Below, piece by piece: positions 10,095 to 19,642 of a stretch of DNA of 64,000 nt. The notes beneath the pieces are model-generated. The model was not told the DNA's origin. It searched no databases and saw only the letters and a program-made list of their open reading frames with translations. How positions within the stretch are numbered: position 1 is the first letter of the stretch; each line of letters opens with the position of its first letter. The stretch is from Candidatus Cloacimonadales bacterium (GTDB taxonomy: Bacteria > Cloacimonadota > Cloacimonadia > Cloacimonadales > JAIOQZ01), in contig OY771587.1 in NCBI GenBank assembly GCA_963674825.1, positions 1,536,001-1,600,000 of the forward strand, given 5' to 3'. The position numbers and the translations under genes were made by a program.

Positions 10095-10479
10095 GCGCGA
10101 ATACCGGAGAGTCGCAGCCAATGTCAATATCCGCTTCAGCGGCAGGCAGCACGGAAAACCGCTGGATAAACCATCGATCGAATACATGGAGGGAATCGCC
10201 CAGAACTTTGGCCCTCACGGCATATTTGTCGAAACGGACGAACCCTTCCCGAAAGGCAGCATGGTGATCCTCGACTTCGATTTGATGAACGACGACCGGG
10301 AGATTGAGAATATTCGCGCCAAAGCGCTGGTTAAATGGGTGCAAAAATGGCAGAAACCACACGGTATGGGGCTGCTGCTCGTTGAATTCGAGGGCGTTTC
10401 CCAACGAGGCTTTGCCAAATGGATTACCCAACTTTACGAGAGAGAAGAAGAGGCCGGGAACTCTGTCTTCCACGAATAG
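10081..10479 (+). CDS. PilZ domain protein
   Basis: RxxxR motif (REYRR), NFGPHG as a variant of D/NxSxxG, and VKW...GMGL. Confidence 0.8.
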   Translation: MKMNKREYRRVAANVNIRFSGRQHGKPLDKPSIEYMEGIAQNFGPHGIFVETDEPFPKGSMVILDFDLMNDDREIENIRAKALVKWVQKWQKPHGMGLLLVEFEGVSQRGFAKWITQLYEREEEAGNSVFHE

Positions 10480-10503
10480 AAACAACATAGTACAGGAGAT
10501 ATA

Positions 10504-10959
10504 ATGAGATTTATCGTAATCGCGATGATTATCGCTGTCCTGATGGCATGTTCGGCGAACACGTCACAGAAGGAAGAACCGAAAACAAGCAAGGGAGATG
10601 AAAAAGCTATGGAACAAGAATACATCACAACCGATTCAGGATTACAATACATGGTTATCCAGGAAGGCGAAGGAACACCGGCGCAGCCAGGCGATATGGT
10701 CGAAGTTCATTACACCGGATGGCTCATGGACGGAACGAAATTCGACAGTTCGGTCGATCGCGGTCAGCCGTTCGCGTTCAAGCTTGGCATCGGCCAGGTA
10801 ATCAAGGGCTGGGATGAAGGCGTTGCCGGCATGAAGCCGGGCGAAAAGCGCATGCTGATCCTCAAGCCCGAACTTGCATACGGAAAGCGTGGTGCCGGCA
10901 GGGTTATCCCACCGAACGCCACCCTCAAGTTCGAAGTTGAATTCATCCGGGTAAAATAA
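10504..10959 (+). CDS. FKBP-type peptidyl-prolyl isomerase, lipoprotein
   Basis: Lipobox LMAC; VHYTG, FDSS, VIKGWDEG, LAYG and IPPNATLKFEVE motifs. Confidence 0.95.
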   Translation: MRFIVIAMIIAVLMACSANTSQKEEPKTSKGDEKAMEQEYITTDSGLQYMVIQEGEGTPAQPGDMVEVHYTGWLMDGTKFDSSVDRGQPFAFKLGIGQVIKGWDEGVAGMKPGEKRMLILKPELAYGKRGAGRVIPPNATLKFEVEFIRVK

Positions 10960-10963
10960 CCCT

Positions 10964-11203
10964 ATGCTGAAAGCCCTTCTCGGTATCCTGTTGTCACTCG
11001 CGGCAGGTGGCGTTATCGGATACCTCTATTACCGGTTCATCGGTTGCCGCACAGGTGGCTGCCCGATCACCTCAAACGTCTGGTCAGTCGTTGTTTTTGG
11101 AGCCATCATGGGCTACCTGCTGCTCTATCCGGTGTGGCAGAAGTACGTCCTGAAACCACAAAAGGAGATCACGCATGAATCCAATTCTTCGCAAACACGC
11201 TGA
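10964..11203 (+). CDS. Small membrane protein, DUF6132-like (GCxxGxCPITS)
   Basis: GYLYYRFIGCRTGGCPITSN between two TM segments. Confidence 0.7.
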   Translation: MLKALLGILLSLAAGGVIGYLYYRFIGCRTGGCPITSNVWSVVVFGAIMGYLLLYPVWQKYVLKPQKEITHESNSSQTR

Positions 11204-12275
11204 AGTTTTACTTAAATATTCCATCGACCTCAAGAAGGGCGAATCGATACTCATCACCGGCGAGGTGGCGACGCTACCGTTGATTCGAGAATGCTACGCT
11301 GTCGCGCTCGAACTTGGCGGACATCCCACCACCATGCTGGGCGATCCCACGATCAGCGAACTCTCGCTCAAGCTTTCCAGCGAAGAACAGATGAAGTTCA
11401 TCCAGCCTCACATCATGACGCTTTACGAAAAGGTCGATGCAATCCTCACCATCATGGGAACATCAAACACTCGCAACATGAGTAACATCCCCGCAGAACG
11501 TATTCGGCTCTCCACGCAGTCACGCGGACCGCTTACCAAGATCTATTTCGAGCGGATGAGAACCGGCTCCATGCGTTGGTGCGGAACCCTCTTCCCCACG
11601 CTCGGAAACGCGCAGGAAGCCAGCATGTCCATCAACGACTACGAGGATTTCGTGTTCAACGCCTGCAAGCTTCTCGATGATGATCCAATCCAGCGCTGGA
11701 AGGAAGTCGATGAACAGCAGGAACGCATCTGCAAGATCATGGACGCTAAAAAGACGTTGCACATCAAATCGAAGGATACCGATCTGCGCATGCGCATCGA
11801 TGGACGGAAATGGGTCAATTGCAGCGGACGAGTAAATTTCCCCGACGGCGAAGTCTTTACCGGACCTATCGAGGACAGTGTGGAAGGACACATCCGGTTC
11901 AGCTTCCCGGGAATATTCGGTGGACGCGCGATCGAGGATATCCAGCTCACGTTCGAGAAAGGTAAGGTTGTCAAAGCTACCGCGGCGCAGGGTGAAGACC
12001 TGCTTCTCCAGCTTCTGGACACCGATCCGGGCGCACGCTTCGTGGGTGAAATCGCGGTGGGCACCAACTACAACATCCAGCGCTTCACGCGCAATATGCT
12101 GTTCGACGAGAAGATCGGCGGTACTGTACATCTGGCCGTTGGACGCTCCATCCCGCAATCGTTGGGCAAGAACGAATCATCCATCCACTGGGATATGCTG
12201 TGCGACATGAAAGACGGCGGTGAAATCTACGCCGACGACGAATTGATCTACAAGGACGGAAAATTCCTTATCTGA
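11175..12275 (+). CDS. Thermophilic metalloprotease / aminopeptidase, family M29 (AmpS/AmpT-like)
   Basis: NFPDGEVFT, GEIAVG, LFDEKIGGTVHLAVG and SSIHWDM motifs. Confidence 0.92.
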   Translation: MNPILRKHAEVLLKYSIDLKKGESILITGEVATLPLIRECYAVALELGGHPTTMLGDPTISELSLKLSSEEQMKFIQPHIMTLYEKVDAILTIMGTSNTRNMSNIPAERIRLSTQSRGPLTKIYFERMRTGSMRWCGTLFPTLGNAQEASMSINDYEDFVFNACKLLDDDPIQRWKEVDEQQERICKIMDAKKTLHIKSKDTDLRMRIDGRKWVNCSGRVNFPDGEVFTGPIEDSVEGHIRFSFPGIFGGRAIEDIQLTFEKGKVVKATAAQGEDLLLQLLDTDPGARFVGEIAVGTNYNIQRFTRNMLFDEKIGGTVHLAVGRSIPQSLGKNESSIHWDMLCDMKDGGEIYADDELIYKDGKFLI

Positions 12276-12307
12276 CAGGAATTGAGTTAGTGATCTATAT
12301 CGCTTCG

Positions 12308-12338
12308 GGGCAGGTCATCGCACCTGCCCATTTTTTTA
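12308..12338 (+). terminator. Intrinsic terminator
   Basis: GGGCAGGT-loop-ACCTGCCC followed by a T-run. Confidence 0.75.
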
Positions 12339-12339
12339 A

Positions 12340-12687
12340 TTACCGCATCAGCACATACGTTACGACACCTAGAGCGACCATCACTGCCAGTATCACGACG
12401 ACTATGATTTTAAACTTTCGCTGTTGCGGTGACAATTCGCTCCATCTGGGAGCATCCTTCCACTTCTTACGGTTCACAATTCCGACGATCATATAGATCA
12501 ATCCGAGCACCATCAGCGGGTAATTTGTACTGGGGATTCCCACGACCATGATCGCGATACCGATAATGAAAAGGCTACGGAAGTTAGGCGTTTCTCTATA
12601 GCCTTTTAAACGCATTACAACAAGTGCAATAATTACTCCGACAAGCATAACTGCCGCGAGAATCATGAGAATCAAGGATACTGACAT
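12340..12687 (-). CDS. Small multi-TM hypothetical membrane protein
   Basis: AGGAGAG then ATG at 12687; several hydrophobic segments. Confidence 0.7.
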   Translation of the reverse strand: MSVSLILMILAAVMLVGVIIALVVMRLKGYRETPNFRSLFIIGIAIMVVGIPSTNYPLMVLGLIYMIVGIVNRKKWKDAPRWSELSPQQRKFKIIVVVILAVMVALGVVTYVLMR

Positions 12688-12903
12688 CGTTCTCTCCTGT
12701 AAGTGTGATCGTGACCACATCAATGCATCTCCGCTCGAATATGTCAAAATATAAATTCCATGCGCACAAAAATACCGGACAAGCACGCGTAATTGTATCC
12801 GCTTGAAAATTATAGCAGAAATTAATTGACTGTCATTCGATTTGAATCCAAAATAGAAAAAAGAACTATGATCCTGATAAATATCCAACCACTGGAGGTT
12901 ATC

Positions 12904-15900
12904 ATGCGCCTTAAATCAGGGTATTTTCCTGCTTTATTCACCATCCTGTTACTATCAATCGTCTCGCTATCGGCAGTTGAACACTCAGGCACCATCGGTA
13001 CGGAAACCTGGATGGGAAGTTACACACACTACATCACAGGAACCGTAACTGTCCCCGACGGTGAAACCCTGACCATCGAGCCAGGCGCGACCATTCGATT
13101 CTCACCCAGCACGTCACTGATCGTCTATGGAAAACTGGTGGCTGACGGTACATCTGTCGGAGAAATCCTTTTCTCATCGGGGCAGACACCCGCTCAGGCA
13201 GGCGATTGGGGACAGATCAGCTTTCTTAGCTGTGATCCCGGAACCGTACTCGATCATTGCATTGTCGAATACGGCGGAAACGGCAGCGGAATGCTCTATA
13301 TCCATAACTGCGGCGAGAATATCTCGATTACCAATAGCTCGTTCAATCACGCGAACGGTAGCGGCGCTTTTATACATGATCAGAGCACCGCACCATCGGA
13401 ACCATCGTTTATAAGCTGTAGTTTCGCCAGCAACAGCGTCCACGGACTTGATGCCGGCAGCAACCTTTCCCTTCCGTATGTACAGAATTGTTCTTTCACA
13501 TCGAATCTGCAATACGGAATGTCCGTCTTTACCGGAGGACTCAGTCGCGTCTCAGGTAGCATCAATATGTCATCGAATGGCACCAATGCTATATACGCAC
13601 GAGCGAGTGACGTGGGCACCGGAACATGGTACAACGTTGGTGTACCATGTTATCTCAGCGGTAATTTCAATGTAATAGATGGAAGTACACTCACCATCCA
13701 GGCCGGAAGTGATTTAAGATTCACTGGCAATTACTACATGATGATTTACGGTAAGCTGATAGCGAACGGTACATCCGGCAATCATATCGTATTCACTTCA
13801 GCGGATACGACACCAGGAGCCGGAGACTGGCAATACATCTATTTCAACGGATCCGATCCGGGATCTGTCCTTAACTGGTGCGATTTCTCATACGGCGGCC
13901 ACTCGAACGGGACGATCTATTTCCACAACAACAATACGGATGTGACGGTCTCAAACTGTACTATTACCAATAGCGGGAACGCCGGCATTGCACTAAACGA
14001 CTATAGCACGAACCCATCTACGCCAATCATCACAAACACAACCATAAGTAATTGCGGTGGTGCTGGAATCGACTGTTCCGGCGGCATGTCTCTGCCCTGG
14101 GTTGCAGATTGCGCATTCAACAACAACGGTAGCTATGCTATGAAGTTGTTTTCTACAGGGTTAAACCGCATCACCGGTACTAACACTGGTACAGGAAATA
14201 ATCCTCAGGCTATTCTGGCGATGGGTGGCGACGTGACAACCGGAACCTGGCACAATTTCTTCCTGCCCTTCTATTTTAGTAACGCAACGATCGTAGCTGA
14301 TGGCGAAACACTGACCATTGAACCCGGGACACAAATGCGTTTCACAAACGGTGCAAGCCTGAAAATCGATGGCGCACTGGTCGCGGATGGAACTGAAAGC
14401 GAACACATTACTTTCACTTCAGCAAGTACGACACCCGCTCCAGGCGACTGGCAATACATATATTTCTACCGCGCTGATGCAGGAACATCCCTTTCCTGGT
14501 GTGACATCATGTACGGCGGATCGTCTAACGGAAACCTCAACATCAATGGATGCCCGAACAACATGACCGTCACAAACTGCACCATAACCAACAGTGCTCA
14601 ACATGGCGTTTATATCAACGACTATTACGAATCGCAGTCCAATGTCAGCTTCACGAACTGCGAGTTCAACAATAACACCCTGATGGGACTCGATACCAGC
14701 AGCGGCGTATCACAGCCATATATCACCGATTGCTCGTTCCATAACAACGGCTCTTATGCAGCGCGCGTCTGGGCGACTTATAACAGCAGAGTTACCGGCA
14801 CAATCGACATGAGCGGAAATAACCCCGACGGTATAAACCTCATTGGCGGGGCAGTCGACACCAGCACCTGGCATAACTTCGGCTACCCTTATTACATGGG
14901 CGGTTCTGTGACTGTGAACGACGGCCAGACACTTACCATTGAGGAGGGTTCCGAGTTCCTGTTTACCGGAAACTACAACCTGACAATAGAAGGCTGCCTA
15001 ATTGCAGATGGTACACCAGAAGAGCACATCGTGTTTACTTCCGCACAAGCAACGCCGTCACCGGGTGACTGGACTTATATCTATTTCCATCATACGGACG
15101 CGGGAGCACTTCTCGATTACTGTGATATATCCTATAGCGGTAACAGCTACGGAAGCGTGTTTGTAAACGGAAGCCCTAATGCTTTCACGATCTCGAATTG
15201 TACTGTAACAAACAGTGGTCAAGACGGTATATACCTGTATGACTACTACGAATCCTCTTCGGTTCCGTCGATCTCGAACTGCGAATTTTCCAATAACACC
15301 GGGCAGGGACTCAACGCTGGGGGCGGTGTTTCCTTCCCCACGATAGACAATTGCTCCTTTCTGAATAATGGTTCCTATGCCATGACTCTCTGGGGTAACA
15401 GCGTGCATCTAATGTCGGATACGCAGACGATCAGTGGAAACAGCCCCAATGGCATCAACGTATTGGGAGCCTCCATCGGGACCTGCACATGGTACAATCA
15501 CGACGCGCCTTATTATATTGGCGGCAGCCTTACCGTTTCCAACGCAGCAACTCTCACACTCGAACCCGGCGTGGAATTCCTCTTCAACGGAAACTACGAT
15601 CTTCGTATCGATGGCGCACTAATCGCAGATGGAACACCCGAGGAACACATTGTGTTCACTTCCGCTCAGGAAACGCCTACTCCCGGCTTCTGGCGATTCA
15701 TGTACTTCTATCAGGCAGATGAAGGTACGATGCTCGATTATTGCGACATTTCCTATGGTGGTTCCAGCTCAGGACTTGTCTATATACACAACGGACCGAA
15801 TAACTTCCCGATAACAAACTGCACGATCACCAACAGCGCTACCACAGGCGTTCGTATCAGCGACTATTACACCGCATGGTCGTACCCGACTTTCGAGAAC

Positions 15901-17778
15901 TGCCTTATCAGCGGTAATGCCGAATACGGTGTTGATTGCAGCTCGGGGGGATCAAACCCGTTCTTCAATAATTGTACGATTACCGGAAACGGCTTTGCTC
16001 CACTTCTAATATGGGGATACAATATCGATCGCGTTGCCGAAGACAACACGCTTACAGGTAATGGATTTAACTGGATCCGCGTTCTGGGTTCCGATATCAC
16101 CAACTCTACCTTCCGCAACCACGATATCCCATATAGCTTCAATGGGACCTGCAACCTGCAGGATGAAGGAGTGGTTACAGTCGAGCCGGGTACGGAACTC
16201 AAGTTTGACGACGGAACCGGACTCAATGTCTATGGAACATTCGTCGCTGAAGGCACCGAAAGCGAACCCATCACCTTCACTACGAACCTTTCGACGCCTG
16301 CTCCCGGTGGCTGGCGAGGACTTTATTTCGAGTCCACTCCCGAAGGAACATCCCTCGATTACTGCGTCGTCTCTTATGCGGGAGATTGCGGCGCGAATAT
16401 CTATGTTAACTCAGCAGCGAACGTGGCCATCGACCATTCGGCAGTCACTTGGGGATCGCAGGATGGTATCTATTGCAGCGACTACTACGCCAATCCCTCA
16501 ACGATGACCGTAGCAAACACAACCGTTTCAAATAACGCCAATTATGGGCTCGATCTTACCGGAGGTGGCTCTAATGTCACAATAACCGATTGTACTATCC
16601 AGGCTAATGCTTATAACCCAATCCTTCTCTACCCTTATCAGGTAACGCATTTGGAAGGAACGATGACCTTCGGAGGAAACGGCGAAGAGATGATCCGAAC
16701 GACCAGCAGCAATATCTATAACGGAACTTGGCACAATTTCGGGATTCCATACCTCATGACATCATCGAATACTGTGCTTGCGGATCAGACCCTCACAATC
16801 GAGCCCGGATGTACCTTGCTTTTTGCCGACGATATCAAGCTGATCATCAACGGTAACCTGATAGCCAACGGCACCGAAAGTGAGCACATTGTCTTCGATT
16901 CAGCACAGAATGAACCCTCTGCCGGTGACTGGCAATGCCTCTTCCTGCAAAGCTGTACCGCGGCAAGCAGCATTAAGTATTGCGACTTCGCCAACGGTGG
17001 TGGGGCTGACGCGATGCTCAGACTCAGCGGTTCAGGGGATGTCGAAGTATCCGATTGCACATTCACCAACAGCTCTCTGTGCGGTATCATGGTTCACGAC
17101 CAATACTACGGCCCCAGCTCGGCTACCATCCACGACTGTGAAGTTCAGAATGCCGGTACGAATGGTATCGGGCTTTATGTAACTTCCGGACAAAACATAT
17201 ATGACTGCTATCTGCACGACTGCCAGATCGGCCTCTATAATAGCGGTGGATCGAATCTCTTTACGCACGGAAATGTCGTGACCGGAAACTCAGCGTACGG
17301 TATCCAGCTAAACAGCAATGCTTCTCTGGTGTTTGGCGGCGATATGAACCACTGGAACGATATCTACAACAATGGCACGTACAACTTCTACAACGGTAAT
17401 GCCGATATCGACGCCCGGTTCGTTTATTGGGGTTCCACAGATCAATCTGCAATTGAAGCCGGAATTTACGACGAAACCGATAGCCCATCACTTGGTCTTG
17501 TCAACTTCTGGCCATACCTCGATCAGGCACACCAGACGCAATACAACCAGTCGCTTGACGCACCAATAAACGTCAGTATCAGCGCTACACAGGGTAGCAC
17601 TACGATTTCGTGGAGCGCTGTTACAGGAGCGACTTTCTACCGCGTCTATGCAAGCGAAGATCCGTTCGCGGATTTCAGCCAGTGGACCCTGAAGCAGGAT
17701 AATATTACCGCAACCACCTGGAACGATCCGCTTACGCAAACCTCTACGTACTATCGGATTGTGGCCTGTAGCGAATAG
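12904..17778 (+). CDS. Giant secreted right-handed parallel beta-helix repeat protein (7 x ~207 aa) with C-terminal FN3-like module
   Basis: GGAGG RBS; signal peptide; TLTIEPG...G.L.A.GT...I.FTS...GDW repeated 7 times. Confidence 0.85.
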   Translation: MRLKSGYFPALFTILLLSIVSLSAVEHSGTIGTETWMGSYTHYITGTVTVPDGETLTIEPGATIRFSPSTSLIVYGKLVADGTSVGEILFSSGQTPAQAGDWGQISFLSCDPGTVLDHCIVEYGGNGSGMLYIHNCGENISITNSSFNHANGSGAFIHDQSTAPSEPSFISCSFASNSVHGLDAGSNLSLPYVQNCSFTSNLQYGMSVFTGGLSRVSGSINMSSNGTNAIYARASDVGTGTWYNVGVPCYLSGNFNVIDGSTLTIQAGSDLRFTGNYYMMIYGKLIANGTSGNHIVFTSADTTPGAGDWQYIYFNGSDPGSVLNWCDFSYGGHSNGTIYFHNNNTDVTVSNCTITNSGNAGIALNDYSTNPSTPIITNTTISNCGGAGIDCSGGMSLPWVADCAFNNNGSYAMKLFSTGLNRITGTNTGTGNNPQAILAMGGDVTTGTWHNFFLPFYFSNATIVADGETLTIEPGTQMRFTNGASLKIDGALVADGTESEHITFTSASTTPAPGDWQYIYFYRADAGTSLSWCDIMYGGSSNGNLNINGCPNNMTVTNCTITNSAQHGVYINDYYESQSNVSFTNCEFNNNTLMGLDTSSGVSQPYITDCSFHNNGSYAARVWATYNSRVTGTIDMSGNNPDGINLIGGAVDTSTWHNFGYPYYMGGSVTVNDGQTLTIEEGSEFLFTGNYNLTIEGCLIADGTPEEHIVFTSAQATPSPGDWTYIYFHHTDAGALLDYCDISYSGNSYGSVFVNGSPNAFTISNCTVTNSGQDGIYLYDYYESSSVPSISNCEFSNNTGQGLNAGGGVSFPTIDNCSFLNNGSYAMTLWGNSVHLMSDTQTISGNSPNGINVLGASIGTCTWYNHDAPYYIGGSLTVSNAATLTLEPGVEFLFNGNYDLRIDGALIADGTPEEHIVFTSAQETPTPGFWRFMYFYQADEGTMLDYCDISYGGSSSGLVYIHNGPNNFPITNCTITNSATTGVRISDYYTAWSYPTFENCLISGNAEYGVDCSSGGSNPFFNNCTITGNGFAPLLIWGYNIDRVAEDNTLTGNGFNWIRVLGSDITNSTFRNHDIPYSFNGTCNLQDEGVVTVEPGTELKFDDGTGLNVYGTFVAEGTESEPITFTTNLSTPAPGGWRGLYFESTPEGTSLDYCVVSYAGDCGANIYVNSAANVAIDHSAVTWGSQDGIYCSDYYANPSTMTVANTTVSNNANYGLDLTGGGSNVTITDCTIQANAYNPILLYPYQVTHLEGTMTFGGNGEEMIRTTSSNIYNGTWHNFGIPYLMTSSNTVLADQTLTIEPGCTLLFADDIKLIINGNLIANGTESEHIVFDSAQNEPSAGDWQCLFLQSCTAASSIKYCDFANGGGADAMLRLSGSGDVEVSDCTFTNSSLCGIMVHDQYYGPSSATIHDCEVQNAGTNGIGLYVTSGQNIYDCYLHDCQIGLYNSGGSNLFTHGNVVTGNSAYGIQLNSNASLVFGGDMNHWNDIYNNGTYNFYNGNADIDARFVYWGSTDQSAIEAGIYDETDSPSLGLVNFWPYLDQAHQTQYNQSLDAPINVSISATQGSTTISWSAVTGATFYRVYASEDPFADFSQWTLKQDNITATTWNDPLTQTSTYYRIVACSE
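13066..17400 (+). repeat. Intragenic tandem repeat, period 621 nt
   Basis: Unit starts at 13066, 13687, 14308, 14929, 15550, 16171 and 16789 (last interval 618 nt); diverged at DNA level. Confidence 0.85.
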
Positions 17779-19642
17779 GAAGGAGATCATACTGGCTGGA
17801 GAATCGATCCGGATCAGAACCAACCGGGATTACAACATCGAGCTCGATTTCAGCGTGGACGACCGTAATTTCACTCCTCCGCGCGGGTATCGAGCCGATA
17901 AACCACGGTATCGCCTGATTCGGTCATTACAGTTACGAAATACTTCGAAAAAGATCATTCGCAGCCCAAGGCTGCGCATTAACGGAAGGCCGTTGAATGC
18001 CATCGGTTCGATCGTGCCATTGGATGCCGAGCTCACGCAACGGGAGAAAGCTTTGCGCCTCTATCGTTTCTGGACCAGGAATATCCTGCATTTCCCCGTG
18101 GGCATGAAGGCATGTCGCCATCCATTCATTCTGGTCAACTTCTGGGGCTACAACATCTGCGGTTTCGCTGCGGCGTTTCTCAGCTCCATACTTCAAAACA
18201 TGGGAATAGAAGCCCGGAAACTTCCTGTCCAGGGGCATGTTGTACACCAATACAAGGTTGATGGTCGCTGGGTGATTCTGGATGCGGATCTCAATTGCGC
18301 TTTCAGGACACTGGATAATCGACGTTTGGCCGGATTCGAAGATATCTGTGGCGATCCCCTGCTGGTTCACCGGACAAACACTTACGGCAGACACCGGACG
18401 TTTGATCTGGCGCGAAATCGCTTCTGCGCATCTTTGTATGATCGCAAACCGTCCGGAGTTGCGAAGACACCATCCTACAACTGCGAAGAATTCAAGAAGT
18501 TGACCGATCCCCGCAGAATGTTTCCAGGAGAATCGATAACTTACCGTTTCGATCAAACGGTGATCGAGCCGTTGCGAGAAAAGGGTTCACCGCACCCCAG
18601 GGAAGTTGGTGAAGCATCCCTCATGCAGGTACATTATCTGTTCAAACCATTGCTCAGACCATCGGGAAACAGGGGAGAAAAACACCTATTTACCCGGTAT
18701 CCGATCCGACGCATCATTTTCCAGACATCCGGTCGAGAAATCAAGATACCAGTGGATCAGATCGTTACCAATATCAGCATTCCGAATGATCTTCCAGAAG
18801 ACGTTCTCTGTATTTGCCAGTGCAGTCGTATTTCAGCGCACCCAATCATGAAGGGTGCGAATGCGATCCGTCTCAACAGCCCAGATGGGGACATCGAAGC
18901 CGAGCTGGAAATCACCTGGGATGAGAAGACCGCCGAACTTGAGCCCATACCCATCCCTGTTCTGAGTATTGAAAAAACTTATGAGGATCGCCCTGTGTGT
19001 TTCCAGGTGATGCCGGGTGTTTACTGGATTCAGGTGTTTGGTGAAGATGAATTGCCGCTTCTGGACTATGTTCGGGAGGTTACCGGGGAGATAGCGTTCG
19101 ATCCGCTGGAGCAGACTTTCTTTGATAATGACAGAAGCTACCGGGCGCGGATCAAGCAGGAAGTCGAGGGAATCTGGAGCGAATGGTCGGAATATCTGCC
19201 ATTCAGCGTTATCAAGCCCAATTCACCACACGACATCGAGATTCGCCTGGATGATCACGGAGAGATTGTCTTCACCTGGCAGGGTGAAGATGATTGCGAA
19301 TACCTGATCTTCGGGAGCAACCGGCTCGACTTCGTTCCCGATGTCTATTCCGATCAGCAGCCAACAGGTGGGTTGGATGGTCATCTGAAGATGGAAAACA
19401 TCCAGAATCTTATCATTCGTACGCAAGGAACAGAGGCTCGCGTCGATCGTCCATGTGTCTATTATCGCATGATCGCCATGCGTAACGGATGTTTATCCAA
19501 TCCTTCCAGGCTGATCGATCTCTCTCAAAATCAGGAATGGTGTACGAGATTCAAACTCATACCTACGGTGCTGAACACACGTCACGAGATGGTTAATGAA
19601 TCGAATCGATACAGGTCGGAAGTCGAATCACTCCACCGATAG
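17759..19642 (+). CDS. Transglutaminase-like (Cys-His-Asp) domain protein with C-terminal FN3-like region; start uncertain
   Basis: GYNICGFAAAFL...GIEARKL..GHVVHQY..DGRWVILDAD. Confidence 0.7.
   Translation: MWPVANRKEIILAGESIRIRTNRDYNIELDFSVDDRNFTPPRGYRADKPRYRLIRSLQLRNTSKKIIRSPRLRINGRPLNAIGSIVPLDAELTQREKALRLYRFWTRNILHFPVGMKACRHPFILVNFWGYNICGFAAAFLSSILQNMGIEARKLPVQGHVVHQYKVDGRWVILDADLNCAFRTLDNRRLAGFEDICGDPLLVHRTNTYGRHRTFDLARNRFCASLYDRKPSGVAKTPSYNCEEFKKLTDPRRMFPGESITYRFDQTVIEPLREKGSPHPREVGEASLMQVHYLFKPLLRPSGNRGEKHLFTRYPIRRIIFQTSGREIKIPVDQIVTNISIPNDLPEDVLCICQCSRISAHPIMKGANAIRLNSPDGDIEAELEITWDEKTAELEPIPIPVLSIEKTYEDRPVCFQVMPGVYWIQVFGEDELPLLDYVREVTGEIAFDPLEQTFFDNDRSYRARIKQEVEGIWSEWSEYLPFSVIKPNSPHDIEIRLDDHGEIVFTWQGEDDCEYLIFGSNRLDFVPDVYSDQQPTGGLDGHLKMENIQNLIIRTQGTEARVDRPCVYYRMIAMRNGCLSNPSRLIDLSQNQEWCTRFKLIPTVLNTRHEMVNESNRYRSEVESLHR

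Noticed and set aside
13066..17400. Repeats as a DGR template/variable pair or a CRISPR array
   Set aside because: These are in-frame, diverged protein repeats. No reverse transcriptase, cas gene or spacer structure is present.
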